A stretch of DNA of 63,536 nucleotides, the filler included, from Dehalococcoidia bacterium (GTDB taxonomy: Bacteria > Chloroflexota > Dehalococcoidia > DSTF01 > JACRBR01): the NCBI GenBank assembly GCA_041494685.1. It is 3 parts of 3 records of this genome, joined end to end, with 100 filler letters (N's around TTAATTAATTAA, not from the genome) between each part and the next. Parts side by side here need not be neighbours in the genome. Positions count along the whole stretch, not along the records: positions 1 to 25,733 come from JBGQBE010000047.1; positions 25,834 to 51,324 come from JBGQBE010000048.1; 1 more part is not named here. One strand, written 5' to 3'. The first letter of the stretch is position 1, and every line of letters starts with the position of its first letter. The translations under genes and the position numbers were made by a program. Under the pieces are notes generated by a model that saw nothing but the letters and a program-made list of their open reading frames with translations, was not told where the DNA came from and did not search any database. Positions 19,488-28,555 of the stretch are shown here, in pieces.

Positions 19488-20210
19488 CTACTTCCGGGCA
19501 GCGTCGATGCGCTGCAGCACCGTGCCGACGAGCGGCGTCAGCTCCGCGACGGGCGGCGTTCCGTTGCGCGCGGAGCCGACGACGGCGGTCACGTTGCCCT
19601 TCCGGAAGCCGACCACGAGCAGCGTCAGGTCGATCGTGAAGCCCTGCGCGCTCACCTGCCCGGCGAGCGTCGCCGCGAACGATCCGTCGCCGGTCGCCGG
19701 ATACTCCACCGGCGCGATGGCCACCTTGTCCGGGTCGATGAAGAGCTTGCCGAACGCGCGGGCGAGCTGGCCAGGCTGCTGCAGCTTGGTCGCGGCCTCG
19801 GCGGCGCAGTCGGACGCGCCGGCCTCCGTCGCGTAGACCGTCACCTGCGAGAAGAAGGCGACGGTCTCGCCGCCGATGAAGGCGGTGACCGAGTTCGGCG
19901 GCGCGGTCGTCAGCGTGCGGCCGAGTAACCGGCCGCAGCGCTCGTTCGAGGCGGCGGTCGTGGCATCGGCCGCCGCGGCGGCGGCGTTGTCCTGCGTGGT
20001 ATCGGCGCTGACGGTCCAGCCCGGCTCCGGCAGATCCTTCGGGGCAAGGACGACGCTGTCGATCAGCGTCTTCGCGCGGTCCACCGTGAACGGGACGGCG
20101 ACCCTGGTCGCGGTCGGCGCCGGAGTGGGCGTCTTCGAGGCGCCGCCGCTGCAGGCGGCGACGACGGCTGCGAGCGATATCGTGGCGATGGTGGCGATGA
20201 GTCGTGGCAT
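19488..20210 (-). CDS. Hypothetical lipoprotein
   Basis: Signal peptide with lipobox VAAC followed by Thr/Pro linker. Confidence 0.75.
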   Translation of the reverse strand: MPRLIATIATISLAAVVAACSGGASKTPTPAPTATRVAVPFTVDRAKTLIDSVVLAPKDLPEPGWTVSADTTQDNAAAAAADATTAASNERCGRLLGRTLTTAPPNSVTAFIGGETVAFFSQVTVYATEAGASDCAAEAATKLQQPGQLARAFGKLFIDPDKVAIAPVEYPATGDGSFAATLAGQVSAQGFTIDLTLLVVGFRKGNVTAVVGSARNGTPPVAELTPLVGTVLQRIDAARK

Positions 20211-20321
20211 GCCGATTCTCCTCGCGAGCTGATCCCGAGTGGTTATCTCGCGCTCGTACCATGGTCCAGCGGGCGTCAACGGTCAAGCGACACCCTGGAC
20301 CGGTGCGATAGGCTGCGGGTG

Positions 20322-21329
20322 ATGCGACACCCACGATCGGCTGCGATCGTCCTCGTGCTGCTGCTTGGCGCGACGCTGCTCGGCGGCTGCCGCGCGAAGG
20401 AGCGCGTCGATGCGCGGCGGACGGAGCAGACGGAGGCGGCGTCGCCACAGGCGAGGGCAACGGGCACGCCGCCTGCCAGAGTGGGATCCGCCGGCTGCGG
20501 CATCGCAGCGGCGCACGCGGCTGGCGCGAGCGACGAGACGATCGACGTGGCGGGCGAGCACCGCACGTACATCCTGCGCGTGCCGCCGGGCTACGACGGC
20601 AGGCAGCCGCTGCCGCTGGTGATCAACCTGCACGGTGCGGGGTCGAACGCACTGGAGCAGAACTTCTACTCCGGATTCGCGACCAAGGCCGACGCCGAGG
20701 GCTTCGCGCTGCTGGCGCCGAACGCGCTGGGGACACCGACGTCGTGGAACTTCATCGGCCTCCCGCGGCAGGCGGACGACGTCGCCTTCATCGCGGCGAT
20801 GCTGGATCGCACCGAGTCGCAACTCTGCATCGACGCGTCGCGGGTGTATGCGGCGGGCATCTCGAGCGGCGCGGCGATGTCCGTAGCGCTGGCGTGCAAG
20901 CTACAGGATCGCATCGCGGCGATCGCGCCGATCGCAGGGTCCTGGTACCCGCCGAACTGCCCGAATGACCACCCGATGCCCGTGATCATCTTCCACGGCA
21001 CCGACGACCCGGTGGTGAAGTACGCGGGCGGCGAGGGCGCGGCGATCATCCCGACGCCGCCGGTGGAGGAGACTGCGGCGAAGTGGGCGGCCGCGGACGG
21101 CTGCGCGCCGACACCGGCGATCACGAAGCCAAGCGAGCACATCCGCGTAACGAGCTACACGGGGTGCGCCGGGGGCGTCGCCGTGACGCTCTACACGATC
21201 GTCGGCGGCGGACACACGTGGCCGGGCGCACGCGTCGGCGTCGATATCCTCGGGCCGACCACGCAAGAAGTGAACGCGACGGACGAGATCTGGCGCTTCT
21301 TCACGTCGCAACCGGCGCTCGTGCGCTGA
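20322..21329 (+). CDS. PHB depolymerase/LpqC family esterase, lipoprotein
   Basis: Lipobox LGGC, LHGAG, DDVAFI, GISSG nucleophile, HGTDD, GGGHTWPG. Confidence 0.88.
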   Translation: MRHPRSAAIVLVLLLGATLLGGCRAKERVDARRTEQTEAASPQARATGTPPARVGSAGCGIAAAHAAGASDETIDVAGEHRTYILRVPPGYDGRQPLPLVINLHGAGSNALEQNFYSGFATKADAEGFALLAPNALGTPTSWNFIGLPRQADDVAFIAAMLDRTESQLCIDASRVYAAGISSGAAMSVALACKLQDRIAAIAPIAGSWYPPNCPNDHPMPVIIFHGTDDPVVKYAGGEGAAIIPTPPVEETAAKWAAADGCAPTPAITKPSEHIRVTSYTGCAGGVAVTLYTIVGGGHTWPGARVGVDILGPTTQEVNATDEIWRFFTSQPALVR

Positions 21330-21435
21330 TCGCGGGCTTGACCGCGCGGGTGCGGCCCGGCGGCGGCTGCGATACCATTTCCGCACGTCCAGGCGACCCG
21401 CGCGCACGGAAGAGCGGGCGTTGAGGAGGGGTGCG

Positions 21436-23118
21436 ATGAGCGATCACAGCGGCAACGGCAACGAATCGATCCGGCGCGAAGTCGAACGCTGGGAGTCCAC
21501 CGTCATCGCCAAGGCGCTGGCGCGCGGCGGCGAGCGCGAAACCGAGTTCCACACGACCTCCACCGAGACGCGCCGGTTGTACACGCCGCTCGACACGGCG
21601 GACACGGTCTTCGACCGCGACATCGGCGCGCCCGGCGAGTACCCGTACACGCGCGGCGTGCAGCCGACGATGTACCGCGGCCGCCTCTGGACGATGCGCC
21701 AGTACGCGGGCTTCGGGACGGCGAAGGAGTCGAACGAGCGCTTCAAGTTCCTGCTGTCGCAGGGGCAGACGGGGATCTCGATCGCCTTCGACCTGCCGAC
21801 GCAGATCGGCATGGACTCCGACGACCCGAACGCCGACGCCGAGATCGGCCAGGTGGGTGTGGCGATCGACTCGCTGGCGGACATGGAGGACATGTTCGAC
21901 GGCATCCCGCTCGACCGGGTGAGTACGTCGATGACGATCAACGCACCCGCGGCCGTGCTGGTGGCGATGTACGTGGTCGTCGCGGAGAAGCAGGGCGTGC
22001 CGGCGGGCGACATCATGGGTACGGCGCAGAACGACGTGCTGAAGGAGTACGTCGCGCGCGGCACGTACATCTACCCGCCGCGGCAGTCACTGCGGCTGGC
22101 GGCGGACCTGATCACCTACTGCGCGCGCTACGCGCCGAAGTTCAACAGCATCAGTGTCAGCGGCTACCACATCCGGGACGCCGGCTCGACGGCGGCGCAG
22201 GAGATCGGCTTCGCCTTCGCGAACGCGATCGCGTACATCGAGGCGTGCCAGCGCTCCAGCGTGGACGTGGACGAGGTCGCGCCGCGCATCTCGTGGATCT
22301 TCAACACACACAACAACTTCTTCGAGGAGATCGCCAAGTACCGCGCGCTGCGCCGCATGTGGGCGCACCTGCTGCGCGATCGCTTCGGCGCGAAAGACCC
22401 GAACTCGTGGAAGTTGCGGACGCACATCCAGACCGGCGGCGCGACGCTGACGGCGCAGCAGCCGGAGAACAACGTCGTGCGCGCATCGATCCAGGCGCTG
22501 GCGTCGGTGCTGGGCGGCGTGCAGTCGATGGCGCTGTCGTGCTACGACGAAGCGCTGGCGATCCCGACGACGGAGGCGCAGCGGATCGCGCTGCGGACGC
22601 AGCAGATCGTCGCGCACGAGAGCGGCGTGACGGACACGGTAGACCCGTTTGGCGGGTCGTACTACGTGGAGGCGCTGACGAACGAGATCGAGGCGAAGGC
22701 CCAGGAGTACATCGACCGCATCGAGGACATGGGCGGCGCGGTGGCGGCGATCGAGTCCGGCTACATGCAGGGCGAGATCCAGGAAGCCGCGGTACTCCAG
22801 CAGCAGGAAATCGAGACGGGCGCGCGGGTCGTGGTGGGCGTCAACCGCTTCCGCAGCGACGAGGAGCCCGAGCCCGTGATCTTCCGGATGAACACGGAGC
22901 TGGCGCAGAGCCAGATCGCGCGGCTGCAGGCGCTGCGGTCGCGGCGCGACTCGGCGGCGGCGCACGCCGCGCTCGGGCGTCTGCGTGAGGTCGCGCAGGG
23001 CGAAGAGAACCTGATGCCCGCGATCCTGGACGCCGTTCGGGCGTACGCGACGCTCGGCGAGATCTGCGGCGAACTGCGCGCCGCCTGGGGCGAGTACCGG
23101 CCGCCGACCGTCGTGTGA
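21436..23118 (+). CDS. Methylmalonyl-CoA mutase, substrate-binding (large) subunit
   Basis: PGEYPYTRG, WTMRQYAGF, QNDVLKEYVARGTYIYPP, SGYHIR; no DxHxxG B12-binding domain. Confidence 0.92.
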   Translation: MSDHSGNGNESIRREVERWESTVIAKALARGGERETEFHTTSTETRRLYTPLDTADTVFDRDIGAPGEYPYTRGVQPTMYRGRLWTMRQYAGFGTAKESNERFKFLLSQGQTGISIAFDLPTQIGMDSDDPNADAEIGQVGVAIDSLADMEDMFDGIPLDRVSTSMTINAPAAVLVAMYVVVAEKQGVPAGDIMGTAQNDVLKEYVARGTYIYPPRQSLRLAADLITYCARYAPKFNSISVSGYHIRDAGSTAAQEIGFAFANAIAYIEACQRSSVDVDEVAPRISWIFNTHNNFFEEIAKYRALRRMWAHLLRDRFGAKDPNSWKLRTHIQTGGATLTAQQPENNVVRASIQALASVLGGVQSMALSCYDEALAIPTTEAQRIALRTQQIVAHESGVTDTVDPFGGSYYVEALTNEIEAKAQEYIDRIEDMGGAVAAIESGYMQGEIQEAAVLQQQEIETGARVVVGVNRFRSDEEPEPVIFRMNTELAQSQIARLQALRSRRDSAAAHAALGRLREVAQGEENLMPAILDAVRAYATLGEICGELRAAWGEYRPPTVV

Positions 23119-23238
23119 TCTGGTCGCTGGTCGCTCCCAACCTCCACCTTGACCGATTATCTACTCCGAATTGGCGTGATCGGGTACAGTCTCGCCCGGT
23201 AACAGGGGATTCCGCCGCGCGCGGGCAGAGGAGGAGAT

Positions 23239-23988
23239 ATGTCGGAGAAGCGACTCGAGGGCCAGGTGGCCGTCGTCACGGGCGCGTCGCGAGGCATCGG
23301 GCGCGCCTGCGCGCAAGAGCTCGCGCGCGAAGGCGCCGCGGTCGTCGTCAATTATTTCACGAACCAGGACGCCGCCGACGAGCTGGTCGGCGAGATCGTC
23401 ACGGGCGGCGGGCGCGCCATCGCCGTGCGGGCGGGCGTCGGCCACCCGGACGACTGCAAGATGCTGATCGAGAAGACGATCGAGACGTACGGGCAGATCG
23501 ACATCCTGATCAACAACGCCGGCGTCAACCGCGACCGCACGCTAAAGCGGCTGTCGGTGGAGGAGTGGACCGAGGTCATCAACACCGACCTGAACAGCGC
23601 GTTCTACTGCACGTCGGCGGCGATCCCGCACATGGTGGAGCGCAACTACGGGCGGATCATCGTGATGTCGAGCATCATCGGCCAGATGGGCAACAGCGGC
23701 CAGTCGAACTACGCCGCGGCGAAGGCGGGCTTGATCGCGTTCGCGAAGTCGGCGGCGAAGGAGCTGGCGCGCAACAACATCACCGTGAACGCGATGTGCC
23801 CGGGCTTCGTCGAGACGGACATGGTGATCGCGCTGAGCGACGAGGTGAAGGCGACGCTGCTGAAGGCGATCCCGCTGGGCCGTTTCGGCAAGCCTGAGGA
23901 GGTCGCCTCGTTCGTGCGGTACCTGTGCACGGAGGGCGACTGGATCACGGGTCAGCAGTTCAACCCGAACGGCGGGCAGTACATGTAG
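23239..23988 (+). CDS. phaB: Acetoacetyl-CoA reductase / 3-oxoacyl reductase (SDR)
   Basis: TGASRGIG, NNAGVNRDRT, SSIIGQ.G..GQSNYAAAK, NGGQYM end, resembling Bacillus-type PhaB. Confidence 0.7.
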   Translation: MSEKRLEGQVAVVTGASRGIGRACAQELAREGAAVVVNYFTNQDAADELVGEIVTGGGRAIAVRAGVGHPDDCKMLIEKTIETYGQIDILINNAGVNRDRTLKRLSVEEWTEVINTDLNSAFYCTSAAIPHMVERNYGRIIVMSSIIGQMGNSGQSNYAAAKAGLIAFAKSAAKELARNNITVNAMCPGFVETDMVIALSDEVKATLLKAIPLGRFGKPEEVASFVRYLCTEGDWITGQQFNPNGGQYM

Positions 23989-23990
23989 GG

Positions 23991-24078
23991 GGTAGTCGTA
24001 ACTTCTGAGTTGTACGTCGGTAGTGGTTGGTGCTTCCACCGACTACCAACTACGAACTACGAACTGCCGACTACCAAC
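23991..24078. repeat. Heptamer tandem repeats forming an imperfect inverted repeat
   Basis: GTAGTCG/TACGTCG/GTAGTGG arm facing CCGACTA CCAACTA CGAACTA CGAACTG CCGACTA arm. Confidence 0.8.
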
Positions 24079-24087
24079 GGAGGCATC

Positions 24088-24906
24088 ATGTCTCGTCTGG
24101 ACGGCAAGGTTGCGGTGATCACGGGCGGTGCGAGCGGGATGGGCGCGGGGACGGTGCGACGATTCGTCGATGAGGGCGCGCGCGTCGTCATCGCGGACAT
24201 CCAGGACGCGAAGGGTCACACGCTCGCCGATACGCTGGGCGGCGCCGCGGTGTACCAGCGCACAGACGTCGCCGACGAGGCGGACGTGAAGGCGGCGGTG
24301 CAGCGCGCGGTCGACGAGTTCGGACGGCTCGACTGCATCTTCAATAACGCCGGCTTCGGCGGCGCGATCGGGCCGATCGAGTCGACGCCGATGGAAGAGT
24401 TCGACGCGACCATCGCGGTGCTGCTGCGCGGGGTGTTCCTCGGGATGAAGCACGCGGCGCCGCTGATGAAGGCGCAGCGCTCGGGCAGCATCATCAGTAC
24501 GGCGAGCGTCGCCGGGCTGAGCGGCGGGCGCGGGCCGCACACCTACAGCGCCGCGAAGGCCGCGGTAATCAACCTCACGCGGTCGGTGGCGCTGGAGCTC
24601 GGCGAGGATAACATCCGCGTCAACTGCATCTGCCCGGGCGGCATCGCGACGCCGCTGCTGGCGAAGGGGCTGGGCGGCACGGAGGAGGCGGTCGGCATGG
24701 TGCGCTTAGCGCTGGCCAACCTGCAACCGATCCGGCGCAGCGGCGAGCCGGAGGACATCGCGGCGGCGGCACTGTGGCTGGCGAGCGACGACGCGGCATG
24801 GGTGACCGGCCAGGCGATCGTCGTGGACGGAGGCCTGACGGCGGGACCGCGGCTGTGGTCCGAATTGCCGGAAGGGATGCGCACGTACCAGCCGATGAGC
24901 TGGTAA
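24088..24906 (+). CDS. SDR family oxidoreductase
   Basis: TGGASGMG, FNNAG, YSAAK, VDGG. Confidence 0.93.
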   Translation: MSRLDGKVAVITGGASGMGAGTVRRFVDEGARVVIADIQDAKGHTLADTLGGAAVYQRTDVADEADVKAAVQRAVDEFGRLDCIFNNAGFGGAIGPIESTPMEEFDATIAVLLRGVFLGMKHAAPLMKAQRSGSIISTASVAGLSGGRGPHTYSAAKAAVINLTRSVALELGEDNIRVNCICPGGIATPLLAKGLGGTEEAVGMVRLALANLQPIRRSGEPEDIAAAALWLASDDAAWVTGQAIVVDGGLTAGPRLWSELPEGMRTYQPMSW

Positions 24907-24921
24907 GCGGCAACGGCCGCG

Positions 24922-25515
24922 CTACGCCTTCGCGAAGAACGACAGCGCCTGGCGGATGCGGTCTTCGAGCGGCGCGGCGCCGTCCTGTGGCAGGCGCTCG
25001 GCGGCCTCCGCGGCCTCCGCCTGCGAGTAGCCCAGTCCCATCAACGCTGACACCAACTCGGCATCGGTCCTCTTCTGCGCGGCGCGCGGTGATACGTCGA
25101 CGCCCGCCGCGGGCGGCGTCACCTTGTCGCGCAACTCGAGCACGAGACGCTCGGCGGTCTTCTGGCCGACGCCCGGCACCTTGCGCAGCACGTCGGCGCG
25201 GCCGCCGACGATCGCGCCGGTCAGCTCCGCGTAGTCGAGCGCGGAGAGCAGGCCGAGCGCGACGCGCGGGCCGACGCCGCTGACGCTGATCAGCTGCTCG
25301 AACAGCACCAAGTCGTCGCGGGTGGCGAATCCGAAGAGCGTGAGCGCGTCCTCGCGCACGTGCAGGTGCGTGTAGAGGGCCGCGGGCGCGCCGAGCACGA
25401 GCGCGCCGGCGGTGCTGGTCGGCACGGAGGCGAGCACGCCGATGCCGCCGACGCCGAGGATCGCCCAGTCGTCGCCCTTCTCCTCCACCACGCCGCGGAC
25501 GCGGGCTACGGGCAT
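24922..25515 (-). CDS. ruvA: Holliday junction branch migration protein RuvA
   Basis: HLHVREDALTLFGF, SVSGVGPR, PGVGQKTAERLVLELRDK, ALMGLGY. Confidence 0.95.
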   Translation of the reverse strand: MPVARVRGVVEEKGDDWAILGVGGIGVLASVPTSTAGALVLGAPAALYTHLHVREDALTLFGFATRDDLVLFEQLISVSGVGPRVALGLLSALDYAELTGAIVGGRADVLRKVPGVGQKTAERLVLELRDKVTPPAAGVDVSPRAAQKRTDAELVSALMGLGYSQAEAAEAAERLPQDGAAPLEDRIRQALSFFAKA

Positions 25516-25597
25516 GAGGTCACGGGCCGGTTGCGGAGTGCCGTCATCGTGGGGAGTGTACAGCGGGCCGGGACGGTGGTGCAGCGGACGGCCTAGC

Positions 25598-25733
25598 TGT
25601 AGTTCCCACGGACGTTATTGACAGATCCGCGAGAGCGGCGGGAGACCGCCGAGTGCGGTGTGTGGGCGATCGCCATTGTACGCCTGGAGGAAGCCGGGCA
25701 GGGCTGCGAGGCGTTCTGCGTTGCTCTGATAGA
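25598..25733 (-). mobile_element. IS481-family insertion sequence, right end (truncated by contig end)
   Basis: Minus-strand YQSNAERLAALPGFLQAYNGDRPHTALGGLPPLSRICQ* (stop 25615-25617); terminus TGTAGTTCCC at 25598 next to an NCTAGN target (CCTAGC 25592-25597). Confidence 0.85.
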
Positions 25734-25833
25734 NNNNNNNNNNNNNNNNNNNNNNNNNNNNNNNNNNNNNNNNNNNNTTAATTAATTAANNNNNNNNNNN
25801 NNNNNNNNNNNNNNNNNNNNNNNNNNNNNNNNN
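25734..25833. other. Artificial contig linker
   Basis: N44-TTAATTAATTAA-N44, stop codons in all six frames. Confidence 0.98.
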
Positions 25834-25843
25834 AGTAAACGCT

Positions 25844-26056
25844 ATGAAGCTGCACTACTACCCCGAGACCGATTCGCTCTACATCGACCTGAACTCGCGG
25901 CCGGGTGTGGACGCGGTTGAGGTCGCGGACGGCCTCGTCGTCGATCTTGACGCGACCGGGAAGGTCGTAGGCATCGACATCGAGCACGCGTCGAAGCTGC
26001 TTGATCTAGGCACGCTCGAGGCGGACGGGCTGCCGCTGCCCGCAGCCGGTGGGTAG
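25844..26056 (+). CDS. DUF2283 domain protein
   Basis: MKLHYYPETDSLYIDL...VDLDATGKVVGIDI. Confidence 0.88.
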   Translation: MKLHYYPETDSLYIDLNSRPGVDAVEVADGLVVDLDATGKVVGIDIEHASKLLDLGTLEADGLPLPAAGG

Positions 26057-26096
26057 CGCGTAGTTCGCTTATGTTGGAAGCCGAAGTCAACAGACG

Positions 26097-26125
26097 CAGG
26101 GCGCGGAATGAAAGCCCGCGCCCTG
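26097..26125. repeat. REP-like GC-rich hairpin or terminator between convergent genes
   Basis: CAGGGCGCGG-AATGAAAGC-CCGCGCCCTG, 10-bp stem. Confidence 0.6.
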
Positions 26126-26154
26126 GCGTTAGTGCCGGATTGGTGCGCTGACCG

Positions 26155-26781
26155 CTAGCGTGAACGGCGCCGCGCTTGTAGGGCGCTCCAGCCGCCGAGG
26201 GTGAGGGCGATGGCGCCGAGCGCGAACAGCGCCGCAAAGCCCACCGCCGAGGTCCCGTCTGACGTCGGCGATGGCGCACCGCCGGCAGCGGGCAGCCCGA
26301 GTTCATCCGTCCCGGTTTCCACGCCGTTCGGCGAAGTCAACTCGGCGCCAACGTCGGTCATGACGAAATCGATACCGTCGACCGCTTGGCCGTCGGCGAT
26401 GACTATCTGCTGTCCCATTGGCGCGCCGATCTCGACGAGCTCGGGGCTTGGGTCTGGCAGCGTAACGACGTGCGGGTTGCGATCGGGCGGCAGGCGGTCA
26501 GGGTGGAAGAACCCGACGAACCAGGCGCCGTCCGCCAGGCCGGAGATCACGTACCGCCCTTCGCTGTCGGTCCTGACGCTGTCGCGCCGTGCCGGGTTCG
26601 AAGCCCGGAAGTAGTCGACGGGGTAGCGCGGCACCGGCCTGCCGTCGGTGTATGTGACTCGGCCGCTGACCGAACCAGTGCCGGGTGGGGCGGCGGCTGC
26701 GGCGTGCGGATGCGCGGTCGTCGCTTGCACGGAGAGTAGCGTGGCGGCTGCTGCCAGCAGCCCGAGGAGTCGGAGACTCAA
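26155..26781 (-). CDS. Secreted protein with carboxypeptidase-regulatory-like domain and C-terminal sortase-type anchor
   Basis: Signal peptide, GSVSGRVT.TDG.PV, TDSEGRYVISGL, LPAAG plus TM helix plus RRRSR tail; TTG start after GGAGG. Confidence 0.75.
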   Translation of the reverse strand: MSLRLLGLLAAAATLLSVQATTAHPHAAAAAPPGTGSVSGRVTYTDGRPVPRYPVDYFRASNPARRDSVRTDSEGRYVISGLADGAWFVGFFHPDRLPPDRNPHVVTLPDPSPELVEIGAPMGQQIVIADGQAVDGIDFVMTDVGAELTSPNGVETGTDELGLPAAGGAPSPTSDGTSAVGFAALFALGAIALTLGGWSALQARRRSR

Positions 26782-26924
26782 GACGCTGCCTCCTGTTTCG
26801 CGGTTCGGGTCACTCCATATGGAGGGAGGAGACGACCGAACGTCGAGTACGGTGCGAGCGTGCCACCGCCGCGCGGAGTTGTCAATCCCGGCGCTAGTGA
26901 CCGAGAGCGGCGCAAGCTCGGGGA

Positions 26925-26961
26925 ACAAAGAAGCGCACGCAAATCGCGTGCGCTTCTTTGT
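26925..26961. terminator. Rho-independent terminator downstream of malic enzyme gene
   Basis: ACAAAGAAGCGCACGC-AAATC-GCGTGCGCTTCTTTGT, 16-bp stem with T-rich tail on both strands. Confidence 0.8.
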
Positions 26962-26977
26962 GTGTGTCGAAGTGCTG

Positions 26978-28432
26978 CTAGAGGAACGTCGAGATGGGCT
27001 TGTGCTCGGTTTCGGCGACGCCGGTGCGGATGGCGGCGGCGGCGACGTCGCGGGCGACGTTCTTGAAGACGGTGGGGTGGAAGACGCTCGGGATGATGTA
27101 CTCGGCGCTGAGCTCGCTCTTGCTGACGGCGCCGGCGATCGCCTCGGCGGCGGCGAGCTTCATCGCTTCGTTGATCTCGCGGGCGCGGACGTCGAAGACG
27201 CCGCGGAAGAGGCCGGGGAAGCAGAGCACGTTGTTGATCTGGTTCGGGAAGTCGGAGCGGCCGGTGGCCATGACGGCGACGTGCGGGGCGGCGAGCTCGG
27301 GCCGGATCTCCGGGTCGGGGTTGGCCATGGCCATGACGATGGGGTCGCGGTTCATCTTCTTGATGTCGTCGACGGTGATCTGGTTCGGGCCGGCGACGCC
27401 GAGGAAGAGGTCCGCGCCCTCCATGGCGTCGCTGACGCTGCCGCTGACGCCCTCGCGGTTCGTGTTGTCGGCGAACCACTCCTTCATGAAGTTCATGCCC
27501 TCTTTGCGGCCCTTGTGGATGATGCCGGTGCGGTCGACGCCGATGATGTTGCGGACGCCGGCGGACATGAGGATCTTGCTGCAGGCGACGCCGGCCGCGC
27601 CGACGCCGAGGACGACGACCTTGATGTCCTGCGGCTGCTTCTTGACGATGCGGAGGGCGTTCAGCAGGGCGGCGAGGACGACGACGGCGGTGCCGTGCTG
27701 GTCGTCGTGGAAGACGGGGATGTCCAGCTCCTTCTTGAGGCGCTCTTCGATGTAGAAGCAGCGCGGCGCGGAGATGTCCTCCAGGTTGATGCCGCCGAAG
27801 CCCGGCGCGATCGCCTTGACGATCGCGACGATCTCGTCCTGGTCCTTGGTGTCGAGGCAGATGGGCCAGGCGTCGACGCCGCCGAAGGTCTTGAAGAGCA
27901 TGGCTTTGCCCTCCATGACGGGCATGGCGGCGCGGGGGCCGAGGTCGCCGAGGCCGAGGATGGCGGTGCCGTCGCTGACGACGGCGACGGTGTTGCCCTT
28001 GATGGTGAGGTTGTAGGCGAGGTCGGGGTCCTTGTCGATGGCGAGGCAGACGCGGGCGACGCCGGGGGTGTAGACGACGGAGAGGTCGCGGCGCGAGGTG
28101 ACGGGCACCTTGTTGCGGATCTCGATCTTGCCGCCGCGGTGGCTGAGGAAGACGCGATCGGCGACGCTCTTGATGGTGACGCCCTTGACCGCCTTGACGT
28201 GCTCGACGATCTCGCGCGCGTGGTCGCTGTCGCGGGCGGAGACGCTGATCTCGCGCACGATGGTGGTGCCGGTCGAGCGTATGACGTCGATGTCGCCGAT
28301 GTTGCCGCCGCACTCGCCGACGGCGGTGGCGATCTGGGCGAGCATGCCGGGGCGGTTGGCGTACTGCGCCTGGAGGCTGAAGGTGTAGGTTGCCGCCGGC
28401 AGGTCGCCGGCCCTGGCGCTCTTGCGTGACAT
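26978..28432 (-). CDS. NAD-dependent malic enzyme with N-terminal ACT domain
   Basis: NRPGMLAQI ACT motif, YTPGVA, DGTAILGLG, NLEDI, FHDDQHGTA, NQINN. Confidence 0.95.
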   Translation of the reverse strand: MSRKSARAGDLPAATYTFSLQAQYANRPGMLAQIATAVGECGGNIGDIDVIRSTGTTIVREISVSARDSDHAREIVEHVKAVKGVTIKSVADRVFLSHRGGKIEIRNKVPVTSRRDLSVVYTPGVARVCLAIDKDPDLAYNLTIKGNTVAVVSDGTAILGLGDLGPRAAMPVMEGKAMLFKTFGGVDAWPICLDTKDQDEIVAIVKAIAPGFGGINLEDISAPRCFYIEERLKKELDIPVFHDDQHGTAVVVLAALLNALRIVKKQPQDIKVVVLGVGAAGVACSKILMSAGVRNIIGVDRTGIIHKGRKEGMNFMKEWFADNTNREGVSGSVSDAMEGADLFLGVAGPNQITVDDIKKMNRDPIVMAMANPDPEIRPELAAPHVAVMATGRSDFPNQINNVLCFPGLFRGVFDVRAREINEAMKLAAAEAIAGAVSKSELSAEYIIPSVFHPTVFKNVARDVAAAAIRTGVAETEHKPISTFL

Positions 28433-28555
28433 GACGTGTTTCCCCTCCCGAGCTATCGAACGGATGCCATTCTAGGCAGCGCACTCCCTTACGGCCAGTT
28501 GGCGGACGGCCCGTCTTGTCGCGCGGCGGGTTGCGCGTGAAGCTGCTTCGGCGTA

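Noticed and set aside
21436..23118. Isobutyryl-, 2-hydroxyisobutyryl- or ethylmalonyl-CoA mutase
   Set aside because: RQYAGF and KEYVARGT match methylmalonyl-CoA-specific residues.
25734..25833. TTAATTAATTAA palindrome within Ns (also 51325-51424)
   Set aside because: Synthetic contig-joining linker; genes on either side are not necessarily neighbours.
26592..26608. tRNA T-arm-like stem CCGGG-TTCGAAG-CCCGG
   Set aside because: No D-arm, anticodon arm or acceptor stem; lies inside a CDS.
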